This document shows positions 42,012-51,629 of a stretch of DNA of 64,000 nucleotides, in pieces (the stretch's first letter is position 1; every line of letters starts with the position of its first letter). The translations under genes were made by a program, and so were the position numbers. The DNA is from Prevotella sp. Its GTDB lineage: Bacteria > Bacteroidota > Bacteroidia > Bacteroidales > Dysgonomonadaceae. Under the pieces are notes generated by a model that ran no database searches, had not been told where the DNA came from, and saw only the letters and a program-made list of their open reading frames with translations. The stretch is taken from assembly GCA_031285625.1 (NCBI GenBank), contig JAITVV010000063.1, positions 64,001 to 128,000 on the forward strand. The letters are read 5' to 3'.

Positions 42012-42924
42012 TGTTTAATGCCGCAAAGAATTGAGGAGTGAGCCCTTGGTTTGCCAGCATTTGTTTATATTCTACATCTATATCTTCTTTATTAGCCAAA
42101 TTATAATAATCGTCCAGAGTTTCTATATTTTCTCTTTGTACTATTATGGTTGCTGTTCTAATTATTTTTCTTAACCATTCGGGCATTTCAACACCACTAA
42201 TATTTTCAAAGATAGAAACAATATCTGTTCTTAATTTTATAAAATGAATCCATCTTATTGCAAAATCCAAATAGTCTCTATTCTTCGATTCTTTCTCTTC
42301 GTCCATAAGCCAATAATAGGATGCGTAGCTAAGAGTAAAATCAAGAGATGGAGAACCAAGTCCTGCACCAATATCCAATGACGCCCCCCACCATTTACCT
42401 CTATCATAGGCTTCGTCAACTGATAATACAGCCAAAGTAGGTTTACCATCATCAGCTCCGGCAAAATATGTACCTCCAAAACTAATTCCTAAACCTGCCT
42501 TCAATTTTACACTGATACTACTTGCCATAAACCATTCCTCCCATGAGCTTGGAGTAACTCTGATATCTGAACATTTCCTGAAAGCAAGAAAAGGAGATGC
42601 ATTAACGCTAATGCTACCACTTAGCTTAAAGAAGCTTGCTGCCTTTTTGGGATCAATCAGACTTTTAATTGTATCTTTAATACCTCTTGTTATAATAGTA
42701 TCTATAGAATAGCCCAAATGTAAATATAAAAATGGATACCAGGCAAATTCACCCACTGTAAATACTGTATAGTTTATACCTCCACGCCCCATCAGATCCA
42801 CAAGTTTTGTTAGACTTACACTACCATCTAGTTCTAGATTATACCCAAAAGCTTTAGGTATAAAGTCTTCTATTGATACTTCCGATGATTTTTCTTCTAC
42901 TTCTGCAATTAGTATATCATTCAT
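41980..42924 (-). CDS. Hypothetical protein, putative T6SS effector
   Basis: Starts 1 nt after the vgrG stop; no signal peptide; Gly-rich hydrophobic segments; no family recognised. Confidence 0.55.
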   Translation of the reverse strand: MNDILIAEVEEKSSEVSIEDFIPKAFGYNLELDGSVSLTKLVDLMGRGGINYTVFTVGEFAWYPFLYLHLGYSIDTIITRGIKDTIKSLIDPKKAASFFKLSGSISVNASPFLAFRKCSDIRVTPSSWEEWFMASSISVKLKAGLGISFGGTYFAGADDGKPTLAVLSVDEAYDRGKWWGASLDIGAGLGSPSLDFTLSYASYYWLMDEEKESKNRDYLDFAIRWIHFIKLRTDIVSIFENISGVEMPEWLRKIIRTATIIVQRENIETLDDYYNLANKEDIDVEYKQMLANQGLTPQFFAALNNGESEDEYFA

Positions 42925-42925
42925 A

Positions 42926-45076
42926 TTATTCTTTTTCTTTTACTTCAATATCTATTGGTTCACTTATTCTAGCAATGCCATCAGCACCAACAGTACCTGT
43001 TAGTGTAAGCTCTTTAATACCTTTTTTTACATCTTTTCCATTCTTTTCTTTAATTTTGATCGAGATTGTTTCATTCTCTTCATAATTTCGAGTTTGTACG
43101 ATAACATTTATTCTATCACCAATAGATGCCTTAGATATTTTTTTTGTCATATCTTCATTCATCCACTTGATGTCAATAATTTGTTTTTCTTTATCATAAA
43201 TAAATTCACCTTTTTCCGGAACTTCATTAATATCAGGAGCCTTTTGCTCTATTTTACTCATAGCGGTAATAAGGGAATTTCCTCCATACATATGCATTTG
43301 CTTCTTAGCCCCGAATTCAGTATTGCCATCCGTATACCCTATAAGTTGCTTCTTTCCATAAAGATCAAGCTCTCTATTGGATGATATTTCTATATTTCCT
43401 CCGCTGGCAACAATTGTTTTTCGTCTGCTGTCCTGACTAGTATCCCGGCCTGCTACAATCGAAACATCCCGGCCTATTTTGGTTATGGTATCTCTACCGA
43501 CGTTCGTTTTTATGTCTTCTTCAATCTCGAATTCTAAGTTTTTAGATTTTACTCTTATCGTTTCCGGAGCTGTAATTTCAATATTCTTACCTTTAGAATC
43601 AAGGTGTATTACATTCCCGTTCTTATCTTTAATAGTAATACTTAGAGTGTCGTCGGCATCATCGAGACGAATGGTATGGCCGCTACGGGTTATAATACTT
43701 TTCAGATGATTTTCTTTCAATCCTCCTCGGGCAAATGACTTAGGAAACATACTTCCTGACACATAAGGCCTTGACGGATCAGAATTGATAAAATTGACCA
43801 TAACTTCATCTCCAATTTCGGGAATGAATATAAATCCACGCCCTGCACCTGAATCACCACCTGCATCGGGTGTCTGCACCCGTATCCAGTTAGTAGTCTT
43901 TTCCAGAATCTGCTGCCACTGAAACTGTACACGTACTCGTCCCATCCCCTGAGGATCGGCATTATCCACCACTACTGCACGTTGAGAGTTGACAGACGGA
44001 GTCTGTATATGATAAACAGGTATTTGTTCCAGATCTGCACGTATTCCGGAAAAACTATTTCCATAGGTGCCTTCCTGATTAATAGTATGAGTAACCTGCG
44101 TTACTAAAAAGTTTCCTGAAGTAGTATCCACTTTCATTCCCTTGGGATATGCTACATTGATGACCTTTCCAATTCCTATTTTGCAGGTATGGCTTGTGCA
44201 TTTTAGTACCAGCATTTCAGCAATATCTCTTGAGCGCTCCAGATCGAGCATTTCCATCATTGTCCCTTGCATGTCTACTATACCATCATAAGGACGATTG
44301 CTCTCCATATTGAATAGTATATCTGACTTTTCTGATACAATTTTCTGATATCCGGAAACTTTAGGGCGTAATGAGTCTGTGCCTGCTATCCATTCCTGAT
44401 CATTTTCCACAGAATAATCGTATTGCTGAGATTTCGCCGATTTGAGATTTGCCTCCAATTGCATTGAGGTTATATCTACATCATAAATAACAGGTATAGC
44501 ATCGCTTAGCATCGGCAGCCCAAAATAAATATTTGAGCCATTATCGGAATAAAAAGCCTCACCATAAAGTCCACTCAGGCGATTAAGGAAATCAAAGCAA
44601 GTTTCGTTCCACATCGACAGATATCCTATCGGGCGATTATATTTAGGTTTGCTTATAATATTAGCTCCGTTTCCGGTGTTATCTACAACTTGCGATACTA
44701 TATTCTCTAATATCTGGTCACTAAAAGAATTGACAGCTGACTTACCATCCAGTTTGATAGTTTCACTTATTCCCTGAAAAAGAATATTGTTTTGTTGTCC
44801 ATGCTTACCAAGGAAAGTAACATTGTTAATTATTCCGAAAAATGTATTTGTTTCGCCTGTCTATCTGTGACGGAATTCGATCATTATTGACTCTCCGATT
44901 TTTTTCAGTATTCCTACCGGATCACCCATCCACCCGCTTTTATCCAACTCCTCATAGTCAATTAACACATTACATGTATGATGTTGATTAAAGCCCTGAT
45001 TAAGTTCAAGCGTGACAAAATGAACGATATTTCCGGCCACAGTGACTGTTGCTTCTACCGTATTTAAATAGAACAT
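42926..45076 (-). pseudogene. vgrG: VgrG (T6SS-iii spike protein) with an in-frame TAG at codon 72
   Basis: ORFs 44861-45076 and 42926-44614 are in one frame and the 82 codons between them are open. VgrG motifs: NET.FDFLNRL, AVVVDNADPQGMGRVRVQF.W, TNWIRV.TPDAG, GFIFIPEIGDEV.V.F..SDPSRPYV.GS, K.I.TRSGH.I..DD. Confidence 0.85.
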
Positions 45077-45363
45077 TAATTATGTAGTTTTTAAGTGTTA
45101 AGTTATAAAATTCCTTCCCTATAATGAGATAAATTTTGCGTCGCAATATAGCAATTTTCTCACTAAACATGCACATTTTTATCTTCTTTATTTTCAGTTT
45201 TTCCAATTTTTTACTCTTACTATTACGGTTTTAAAATAAAAGCTCCTAATAATTTTTAGAATTATCTTTTACAAAAGATCAACATTGTTAATAAATATTA
45301 ATACATTTGAAGGATGAAGTGTTATATCTATATTTTTTTGTTAGCCTAAAAAATCAATTTATC

Positions 45364-47067
45364 ATGTTTAAGCAACTATTACTTATTCTTTGCTTTATTT
45401 GTATATACTCCAGCTGCACAAAAGAAAATCATATTTATGAAGAGTTCGCCCCTCCTACTTTTGAGATTCTATCTTGCGAAATTCTATCAGCTGATGAATG
45501 TATTATAGAAGTAGAGGTTAATTGTGGTGTAGGAGCAAAATTACATTCTATAAATATCGAATTAAATGATATTACAGACAATACAAATGAGGCTATTCAT
45601 AAATCTTTTTCTTTGAATGAGGAAGAGAACCAAATAGTTAAAGCTCAGATAAGAGTACCTAATGAAAAGCATGATTACAGGACACTTGTAACATTAAAAT
45701 CTACAAAAAATGTCTATGATAGTAATCCTTTTTTTCTTCGCTTTTCAGAAGAATTTAGCCAAGATGGCATAAAATATATTTATTTTAGTCCTTCTGGTTT
45801 TCATGTTGACTATGTAGATGGTGTAGAAAAAATAGCATTAAACTTAAAAAAAGGACAACAATTCTACTTTATGGTAGAATACAGCAAACTTATCTTAAAA
45901 GAAAACAGTATACAAGTTAAGCTGAATGGAAAACATCAACTCGAAGTGGATCCTCATTCTTATGGAATCTCATACGATGGAGAAATAGGTATTCATTGTA
46001 CCTTGCCCAATGACATAGCCCCCGGAGTATACGATGTACATGTCTATATAAATGATTTGGAATACATTTTAGATTATAAAATTAAGATTTTACGAGGTAG
46101 TAGTGAGATATTATATATTGATTCAAGACCCGGAAAAGATGGATATCTAGGTATAATTGCAAACTACTTCACTATAGATAATAAAGCATATTTTATACAT
46201 GATGGAGGGGGATATTGGTATGTCCTCTGCTTCGATCTTAAAACAATGAAGTGGGAAAAGAAAAAGAATATAACGATTGCTAGTCCGTATCAAAATTCTT
46301 ATGTATCAAAAGAGAGAATTAAAGCTAAGAATAAAAACTATTTCCTTTTCGGTATGTATAAGACGGATCCTTTTGATGAAATATCTAGATATGAATCAAT
46401 TGCAATATGGGAATACAAAGATACAAATGATTCTTGGTCTCAATTATCAACATATCCTGGATTAGGAAATAGGGATTTTACCTCTTTTACTATTGATAAT
46501 AAGGTATATATTGGGGGAGGTCTGAAAGATATTTATAATGATAAAAAATCTTTGACAGAGGTAGAAAGTGTGACTGATTTCTGGGAGTATAATATCGTGA
46601 CTAAAGAATGGAAAAGAATTAAAGATTTACCATATAGTGCATTTCCTTATTATGATTATATTAACTCTACTACGACATCAGATGATAAGAATGCCTTTGT
46701 TTTTACTACAACCAGGCAATTATGGAAGTACGACACCGCCAATGATAATTGGATGGAATTAACACCTTTAAAGCAAGGTCCATATACGCGCACTCATGGC
46801 AAGCTTTTGTATAAAAAAAATAAGTTATATCTTACAGGTACTTATGTAAATAGTATTGTTGGCTACTCTCCAGATGTATGGGAGTATGACTTAACATCAA
46901 ATAAGTGGGAATTATTTGATGTTCAAGAATATTATTTCGACCAACCGTATGGCAGTGTTGGAGCTGGAATTCCGGCATTTATCTATGAAGATATTTTATA
47001 CCTAGGATGCGGGACTCTACCATATGCTTATGAAAAAGATTTATTTTATAAAGTAAATATTAAATGA
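45364..47067 (+). CDS. Kelch-repeat (beta-propeller) lipoprotein
   Basis: Lipobox YSSC after ATG 45364; repeats FTIDNK.YIGGG..DFWEYN..W, LWKYD..W, VWEYD..W. Confidence 0.75.
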   Translation: MFKQLLLILCFICIYSSCTKENHIYEEFAPPTFEILSCEILSADECIIEVEVNCGVGAKLHSINIELNDITDNTNEAIHKSFSLNEEENQIVKAQIRVPNEKHDYRTLVTLKSTKNVYDSNPFFLRFSEEFSQDGIKYIYFSPSGFHVDYVDGVEKIALNLKKGQQFYFMVEYSKLILKENSIQVKLNGKHQLEVDPHSYGISYDGEIGIHCTLPNDIAPGVYDVHVYINDLEYILDYKIKILRGSSEILYIDSRPGKDGYLGIIANYFTIDNKAYFIHDGGGYWYVLCFDLKTMKWEKKKNITIASPYQNSYVSKERIKAKNKNYFLFGMYKTDPFDEISRYESIAIWEYKDTNDSWSQLSTYPGLGNRDFTSFTIDNKVYIGGGLKDIYNDKKSLTEVESVTDFWEYNIVTKEWKRIKDLPYSAFPYYDYINSTTTSDDKNAFVFTTTRQLWKYDTANDNWMELTPLKQGPYTRTHGKLLYKKNKLYLTGTYVNSIVGYSPDVWEYDLTSNKWELFDVQEYYFDQPYGSVGAGIPAFIYEDILYLGCGTLPYAYEKDLFYKVNIK

Positions 47068-47070
47068 ATT

Positions 47071-48579
47071 ATGAAGTTAGGTATTCAATACTATATTAGC
47101 TTATTTTTATTATTACTAGTTTTATGTCCATCATGTAGCAATGAAGATATTCTTGTGCCGGCAGAAGAGCCTATAATTGAAGAAGGAGGAGACGAGACTA
47201 TTATTATTGGAGATATTGATGTATCGATAGAAGAAATAAAAGATATTGATTTGTTTCTAAAATGGTATCCTGTGAATAATGTAACTTCTTATGAAATTGT
47301 AATTAATGACACCATGACGATCAAAGATGGGATTGTTATGGAAGATTATTTGGATTATTACTATTTCAGGCTAGCAAATCTAACACCGAATACAACCTAT
47401 AAAATTACTCTTCGTGCAATTAGTAAAGACTTAAATGTAAAAACATCAATAATACAGACCAAAACAAAAAAGAGTTTCGTAGACCAGATAATAACTATTC
47501 CTGTAGATTTTCAAGAATATGACCCTGATATATGGTCTCCATTTTATAAGTATATCAATACTTCAGACGGAGGGGCTGCTATTGCGGGAAGTTTAAGTAA
47601 ACATGGAAAAACATATACTGTCTTGATTAAACTCACGAGCTCGTATAATATAGAATGGATATGTCATATGGAAGGAAGCCCCAGATTTACACCTCATGAA
47701 CCAACAATGGATTTAATTGAATGTTTCGATAAAGGATTTATAGTTGTAAATAACTTGAATGTTTATAAAATTAACAATAAAGGTAGTACCTCTTGGCAAA
47801 TATCTGAATTCAGTAATGATTATGAGGGGTTGTCTTCTGTTGTTGAATTACCCGATAAGAGTATTTTACTTATTGGCCGATCTTCTAAAAATTGGGGGCA
47901 ATTGAACATTGGAATTGAAGGACTTATGGTAAAATTAAATCCACAAGGAATCCTTGTTTGGAAAAAATATTATCATTCTTCAATTGAAAACTTTTTTGAA
48001 AAAATAATACTTAAACCTGATGGAAATTTATTTATTGCAGGAACTAAAGATATAAACAATGCTAATTATGAAACGCTCAGCGACATAAGAAAGGCTATTT
48101 GTGTTATTGAAATAAATCAGAACGGAGATATTATAAGAGAATTAGTTTATAAGTATCAAAACATTCCTTATGATGAGTATGCTTCTTTAAACAACCTCAT
48201 TTCACACGATGGCTATTATTATATTATCGGAAGGTCACATTCCAGTTTCGATAAAACGTTTTTAACAAAAATAGATACTAAAGGAAATATAATTTGGCAG
48301 AAAAGAGGAGATGATGATGGAGAATATTCTTCAAATATAAGTTTGTCAGGAATGGGAAACAAAACCCTATTCATATATTCTTTTATACATTCACAAGTAT
48401 CCATATTAAAGGAAATAGATCTGAATGGTAATACAATAAAAGAAGTTGAATTCCGAAAATTCCCTAGTGGATATCCTAATGGAATATATTGTGGACAGGA
48501 TAAAAAAGGGAGATTTATTTATGTTACTGATGGAGGACAAATTCTATTTATCAATTTAGACGGATACAGATACGAATAA
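47071..48579 (+). CDS. Lipoprotein with a fibronectin type III domain and beta-propeller repeats
   Basis: Lipobox CPSC/SCS; L.W....SY....NLTPNTTY.I.LRA (FN3); repeated (L/V)K(L/I)...G...W.K blades. Confidence 0.7.
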   Translation: MKLGIQYYISLFLLLLVLCPSCSNEDILVPAEEPIIEEGGDETIIIGDIDVSIEEIKDIDLFLKWYPVNNVTSYEIVINDTMTIKDGIVMEDYLDYYYFRLANLTPNTTYKITLRAISKDLNVKTSIIQTKTKKSFVDQIITIPVDFQEYDPDIWSPFYKYINTSDGGAAIAGSLSKHGKTYTVLIKLTSSYNIEWICHMEGSPRFTPHEPTMDLIECFDKGFIVVNNLNVYKINNKGSTSWQISEFSNDYEGLSSVVELPDKSILLIGRSSKNWGQLNIGIEGLMVKLNPQGILVWKKYYHSSIENFFEKIILKPDGNLFIAGTKDINNANYETLSDIRKAICVIEINQNGDIIRELVYKYQNIPYDEYASLNNLISHDGYYYIIGRSHSSFDKTFLTKIDTKGNIIWQKRGDDDGEYSSNISLSGMGNKTLFIYSFIHSQVSILKEIDLNGNTIKEVEFRKFPSGYPNGIYCGQDKKGRFIYVTDGGQILFINLDGYRYE

Positions 48580-48666
48580 TAAAGAACCCATTTCTCCGAA
48601 TCAGATGTTTCTTTAAAAATCTACTAATCCAAATCTATTCCAGTCCCTATTCTAACCCCAAATAAA

Positions 48667-48702
48667 AAACGACTGAAAATCATTATTGATAATCAGTCGT
48701 TT
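48667..48702 (-). terminator. Terminator downstream of tRNA-Gln
   Basis: AAACGACTGA...TCAGTCGTTT hairpin followed by a T-run on the minus strand. Confidence 0.65.
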
Positions 48703-48716
48703 AATTAAATATTTTG

Positions 48717-48787
48717 TTGTCTCATTAGGATTCGAACCTAAACAGGCAGTGCCAGAAACTGCAGTGCTACCGTTACACCATGAGACA
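48717..48787 (-). tRNA. tRNA-Gln (CTG)
   Basis: TGTCTCA/TGAGACA acceptor, GCAGT-TTCTGGC-ACTGC anticodon arm, TAGGTTCGAATCCTA T-arm. Confidence 0.95.
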
Positions 48788-48823
48788 ATATTGTTTGCTA
48801 CCGCAAAGTAACAAACAATATTT

Positions 48824-50116
48824 CTATTTCGCAATCAACAAAAAGTAATTTTTCTTTCCTTTTTGCGCTATTATATATTTTCCTGCTATCAGATGAGACG
48901 TACTAATCACATCATCAAAGTTTTCCAACTTTTCTTTGTTAATCATTACACCACCTGCCTGAACAGTCTTACGCATTTCTCCTTTTGAAGGGAAAGCAGT
49001 AGTTTTCTCAGCTAACAGGTCTACAGCTTTTATTCCTTCCGAAAGTTCATCTTTGGAAATATCAAAGGTAGGTACACCTTCAAATACCTGTAAGAATGTT
49101 TCCTCATCAAGTTTTTTTAGTGTATCGGCTGTTGCATTACCAAAAAGAATATTTGAGGCTTCTACAGCCTGATTATAATCTTCTTCGGAATGAACCATTA
49201 CTGTTACTTCTTTTGCCAAACGTTTCTGTAACGGACGAAGGTGTGGAGCAGCTTTTTGTTCTGCAACCAAAGCTTCAATTTCCTCTTTGCTGAGAGCTGT
49301 AAATATCTTAATATACTTTTCAGCATCCTCATCGCTTACGTTCAACCAGAACTGGTAGAATTTATATGGAGAAGTATATTTTCTTTCCAACCATACATTT
49401 CCCGATTCAGTTTTTCCAAATTTAGTTCCGTCTGCTTTTGTTATCAGTGGACATACCAAGGCAAAAGCTTCACCTCCTGTTTTGCGACGGATAAGCTCAG
49501 TACCTGTAGTTATATTTCCCCACTGGTCCGAGCCGCCCATCTGTATACGGCAACCCAACGACTGATATAGGTGAAGATAATCATATGCCTGCATCAACTG
49601 GTAGGAAAACTCAGTAAACGACATACCTTCCGCAGCCTCTCCGCTAAGACGTTTCTTAACAGAATCTTTGGCCATCATATAGTTTACTGTAATATGTTTT
49701 CCTATGTCACGGATAAAGCTCAAAAACGAGTAGTCCTTCATCCAGTCATAGTTGTTTACCAACAATGCCGCATTGGGCTTGTCAGACTCGAAATCGAGAA
49801 ACTTTGCAAGTTGTTTCTTTATCGATTCCTGATTGTGGCGAAGAGTAGGTTCATCCAACAGATTACGTTCGGCAGACTTCATAGAAGGGTCACCGATCAT
49901 ACCTGTTGCGCCACCGACAAGGGCAATCGGACGATGTCCTGCACGCTGAAAATGCTTCAATATCATTACACTGACAAGATGCCCGATGTGTAATGAGTCG
50001 GCAGTAGGATCGATACCTACATAGCCGGAAGTCAATTCCTTTTGCAGTTGTTCTTCCGTACCTGGCATGATTTCTTGTATCATGCCTCTCCATCTTAATT
50101 CTTCAACAAAATTCAT
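48824..50116 (-). CDS. tyrS: Tyrosine--tRNA ligase
   Basis: [32 protein letters not shown]-terminal S4 domain. Confidence 0.98.
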   Translation of the reverse strand: MNFVEELRWRGMIQEIMPGTEEQLQKELTSGYVGIDPTADSLHIGHLVSVMILKHFQRAGHRPIALVGGATGMIGDPSMKSAERNLLDEPTLRHNQESIKKQLAKFLDFESDKPNAALLVNNYDWMKDYSFLSFIRDIGKHITVNYMMAKDSVKKRLSGEAAEGMSFTEFSYQLMQAYDYLHLYQSLGCRIQMGGSDQWGNITTGTELIRRKTGGEAFALVCPLITKADGTKFGKTESGNVWLERKYTSPYKFYQFWLNVSDEDAEKYIKIFTALSKEEIEALVAEQKAAPHLRPLQKRLAKEVTVMVHSEEDYNQAVEASNILFGNATADTLKKLDEETFLQVFEGVPTFDISKDELSEGIKAVDLLAEKTTAFPSKGEMRKTVQAGGVMINKEKLENFDDVISTSHLIAGKYIIAQKGKKNYFLLIAK

Positions 50117-50465
50117 CGAATTAGGTTTATTAATACTATGTTACTAATTTTAGTTAGTGTGCAAAAGTACGACCTTATTTCGGAATAGAAAAAAAGTTAT
50201 ATAAAAATGTTTGATATACTGCCAGTTATTTTTCTATTGCCTGAGGCTTTGATTATTTCTGCATTCTTAGACAAAACTATCCATTAGTCTACATTTGAGC
50301 AAAATTGAAATTATGCTTTCTTTAAATTCTACATGCGTAGACATTAATTTCTTTTCCTGTATCGAAAGGTGGAAATTTACAGCAGATTTGTTTTTTACAT
50401 CATTTCCGAATGATTTTACTTTGTTTATGAAACATAAATTATCAAAGTTAATTAATAATTCAGGG

Positions 50466-51593
50466 ATGAAAAAACAAGGATTAATAATCATATTTCTAAT
50501 ATTTTTTATGCCGGCTGTATCTGGGCAAGTAACTATAGGTTCAGGCAAACCTCCTGAAAAAGCAGCCTTGTTACAGCTAAAAACACAGGAGGCAGCGACA
50601 GAAGGTGGTGCTACAACAGGTGAAAATGGAGGAGGCCTCTTACTGCCTCGTGTAGAGTTAAATAACCAAACGGATTTGACCCCGTTTATATCACAGGGGG
50701 AAATGAATGATGAAGTATATTCTAATCTAAAACTAAGGCACAGAGGGCTTATCGTTTATAACCTTTCTGCAAATAATAGCTTTACACCAGGTATTTATAA
50801 TTGGGATGGACAGAGATGGCAAGCAATATATACAAAAGATGGTTCTGTAGAAAAGAATGTCTGGTTATTAAAGGGGAATAACAACACTAATCCTGATAAT
50901 AATTTCTTAGGAACTATTGACAACAAAGACCTGTCTATAAGAACACAAGGCATTGAGAGGATGCGGATAACTAAAGATGGAAAAATAGGTATAAAAACAG
51001 TTCAAGACCCGGTAACAGATCTTGAAGTAAACGGTACTACCCAGTTAAATAGTACCTTATACCTAAAAAATGCTCCTGCTGCACCTACTGAGGATGTAGC
51101 CCAACTTGTAGTGGATGATAAAGGAAAAGTATACTCAATATCTTCTTCGACAGGTAATACTAAGATGCTTAATTATATCAAATATACTTTTACAAATCTG
51201 GCAGATAAAACATCTCCGGTGAAAGGAAATGGAATCGCTTGCGACTTTAATACAATGATCCCTACAAGTGATTATACTCTGGTTGTTGTAGGATCTTCTT
51301 TTAAGACTGATCATCAGCAAAATGGGTTAAAAGTTACATCAGGAATTGGCACATATACATCACAATCTGTATACGCAGATAAACGAAAAACCATAATAGA
51401 TGGATCCGAAATCGAACACTGGACAATTCAGGCCAATTATCTGGGAGGAGAGACAGCGAGCGGTAATGGAGGCGAATGGACTATATATTGTTTAGCTATC
51501 AATAATTCCTCAGTAAAGACATTACCTACTATTTACTTTAACATGGGAAGTTCTTCAACAGGAGAGGCTAATGCAAAGCCCGAAGGGTTATAG
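50466..51593 (+). CDS. Secreted hypothetical protein, fibre/beta-helix-like family, paralog A
   Basis: Signal peptide then QVTIG; GGLLLPRV, G.IVYN..WDG.W, W.LKGN..NFLGT.DN..RT..ERMRIT.DGKIGI..LEVNG; ends PEGL. Start reassigned to ATG 50466. Confidence 0.65.
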   Translation: MKKQGLIIIFLIFFMPAVSGQVTIGSGKPPEKAALLQLKTQEAATEGGATTGENGGGLLLPRVELNNQTDLTPFISQGEMNDEVYSNLKLRHRGLIVYNLSANNSFTPGIYNWDGQRWQAIYTKDGSVEKNVWLLKGNNNTNPDNNFLGTIDNKDLSIRTQGIERMRITKDGKIGIKTVQDPVTDLEVNGTTQLNSTLYLKNAPAAPTEDVAQLVVDDKGKVYSISSSTGNTKMLNYIKYTFTNLADKTSPVKGNGIACDFNTMIPTSDYTLVVVGSSFKTDHQQNGLKVTSGIGTYTSQSVYADKRKTIIDGSEIEHWTIQANYLGGETASGNGGEWTIYCLAINNSSVKTLPTIYFNMGSSSTGEANAKPEGL

Positions 51594-51629
51594 GCATAAA
51601 TATCATATAGAACCTGAAAAAAGAAAATT

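Noticed and set aside
44861-48787. Nearby tRNA-Gln(CTG) as a dedicated suppressor of the vgrG amber codon, or genome-wide TAG recoding
   Set aside because: The anticodon is an ordinary CTG, and TAG ends normal genes here (sulfatase, rhaD, tyrS, both fibre-like paralogs).
40036-48790. Prophage, eCIS or tRNA-Gln-integrated element with att repeats
   Set aside because: No integrase, capsid, sheath, tube or baseplate genes, and no duplicate of the tRNA-Gln 3' end was found by eye.
50117-50465. T-box riboswitch upstream of tyrS
   Set aside because: The -7 element TACTTTTG lies only about 45 bp from the ATG and no T-box consensus is visible.
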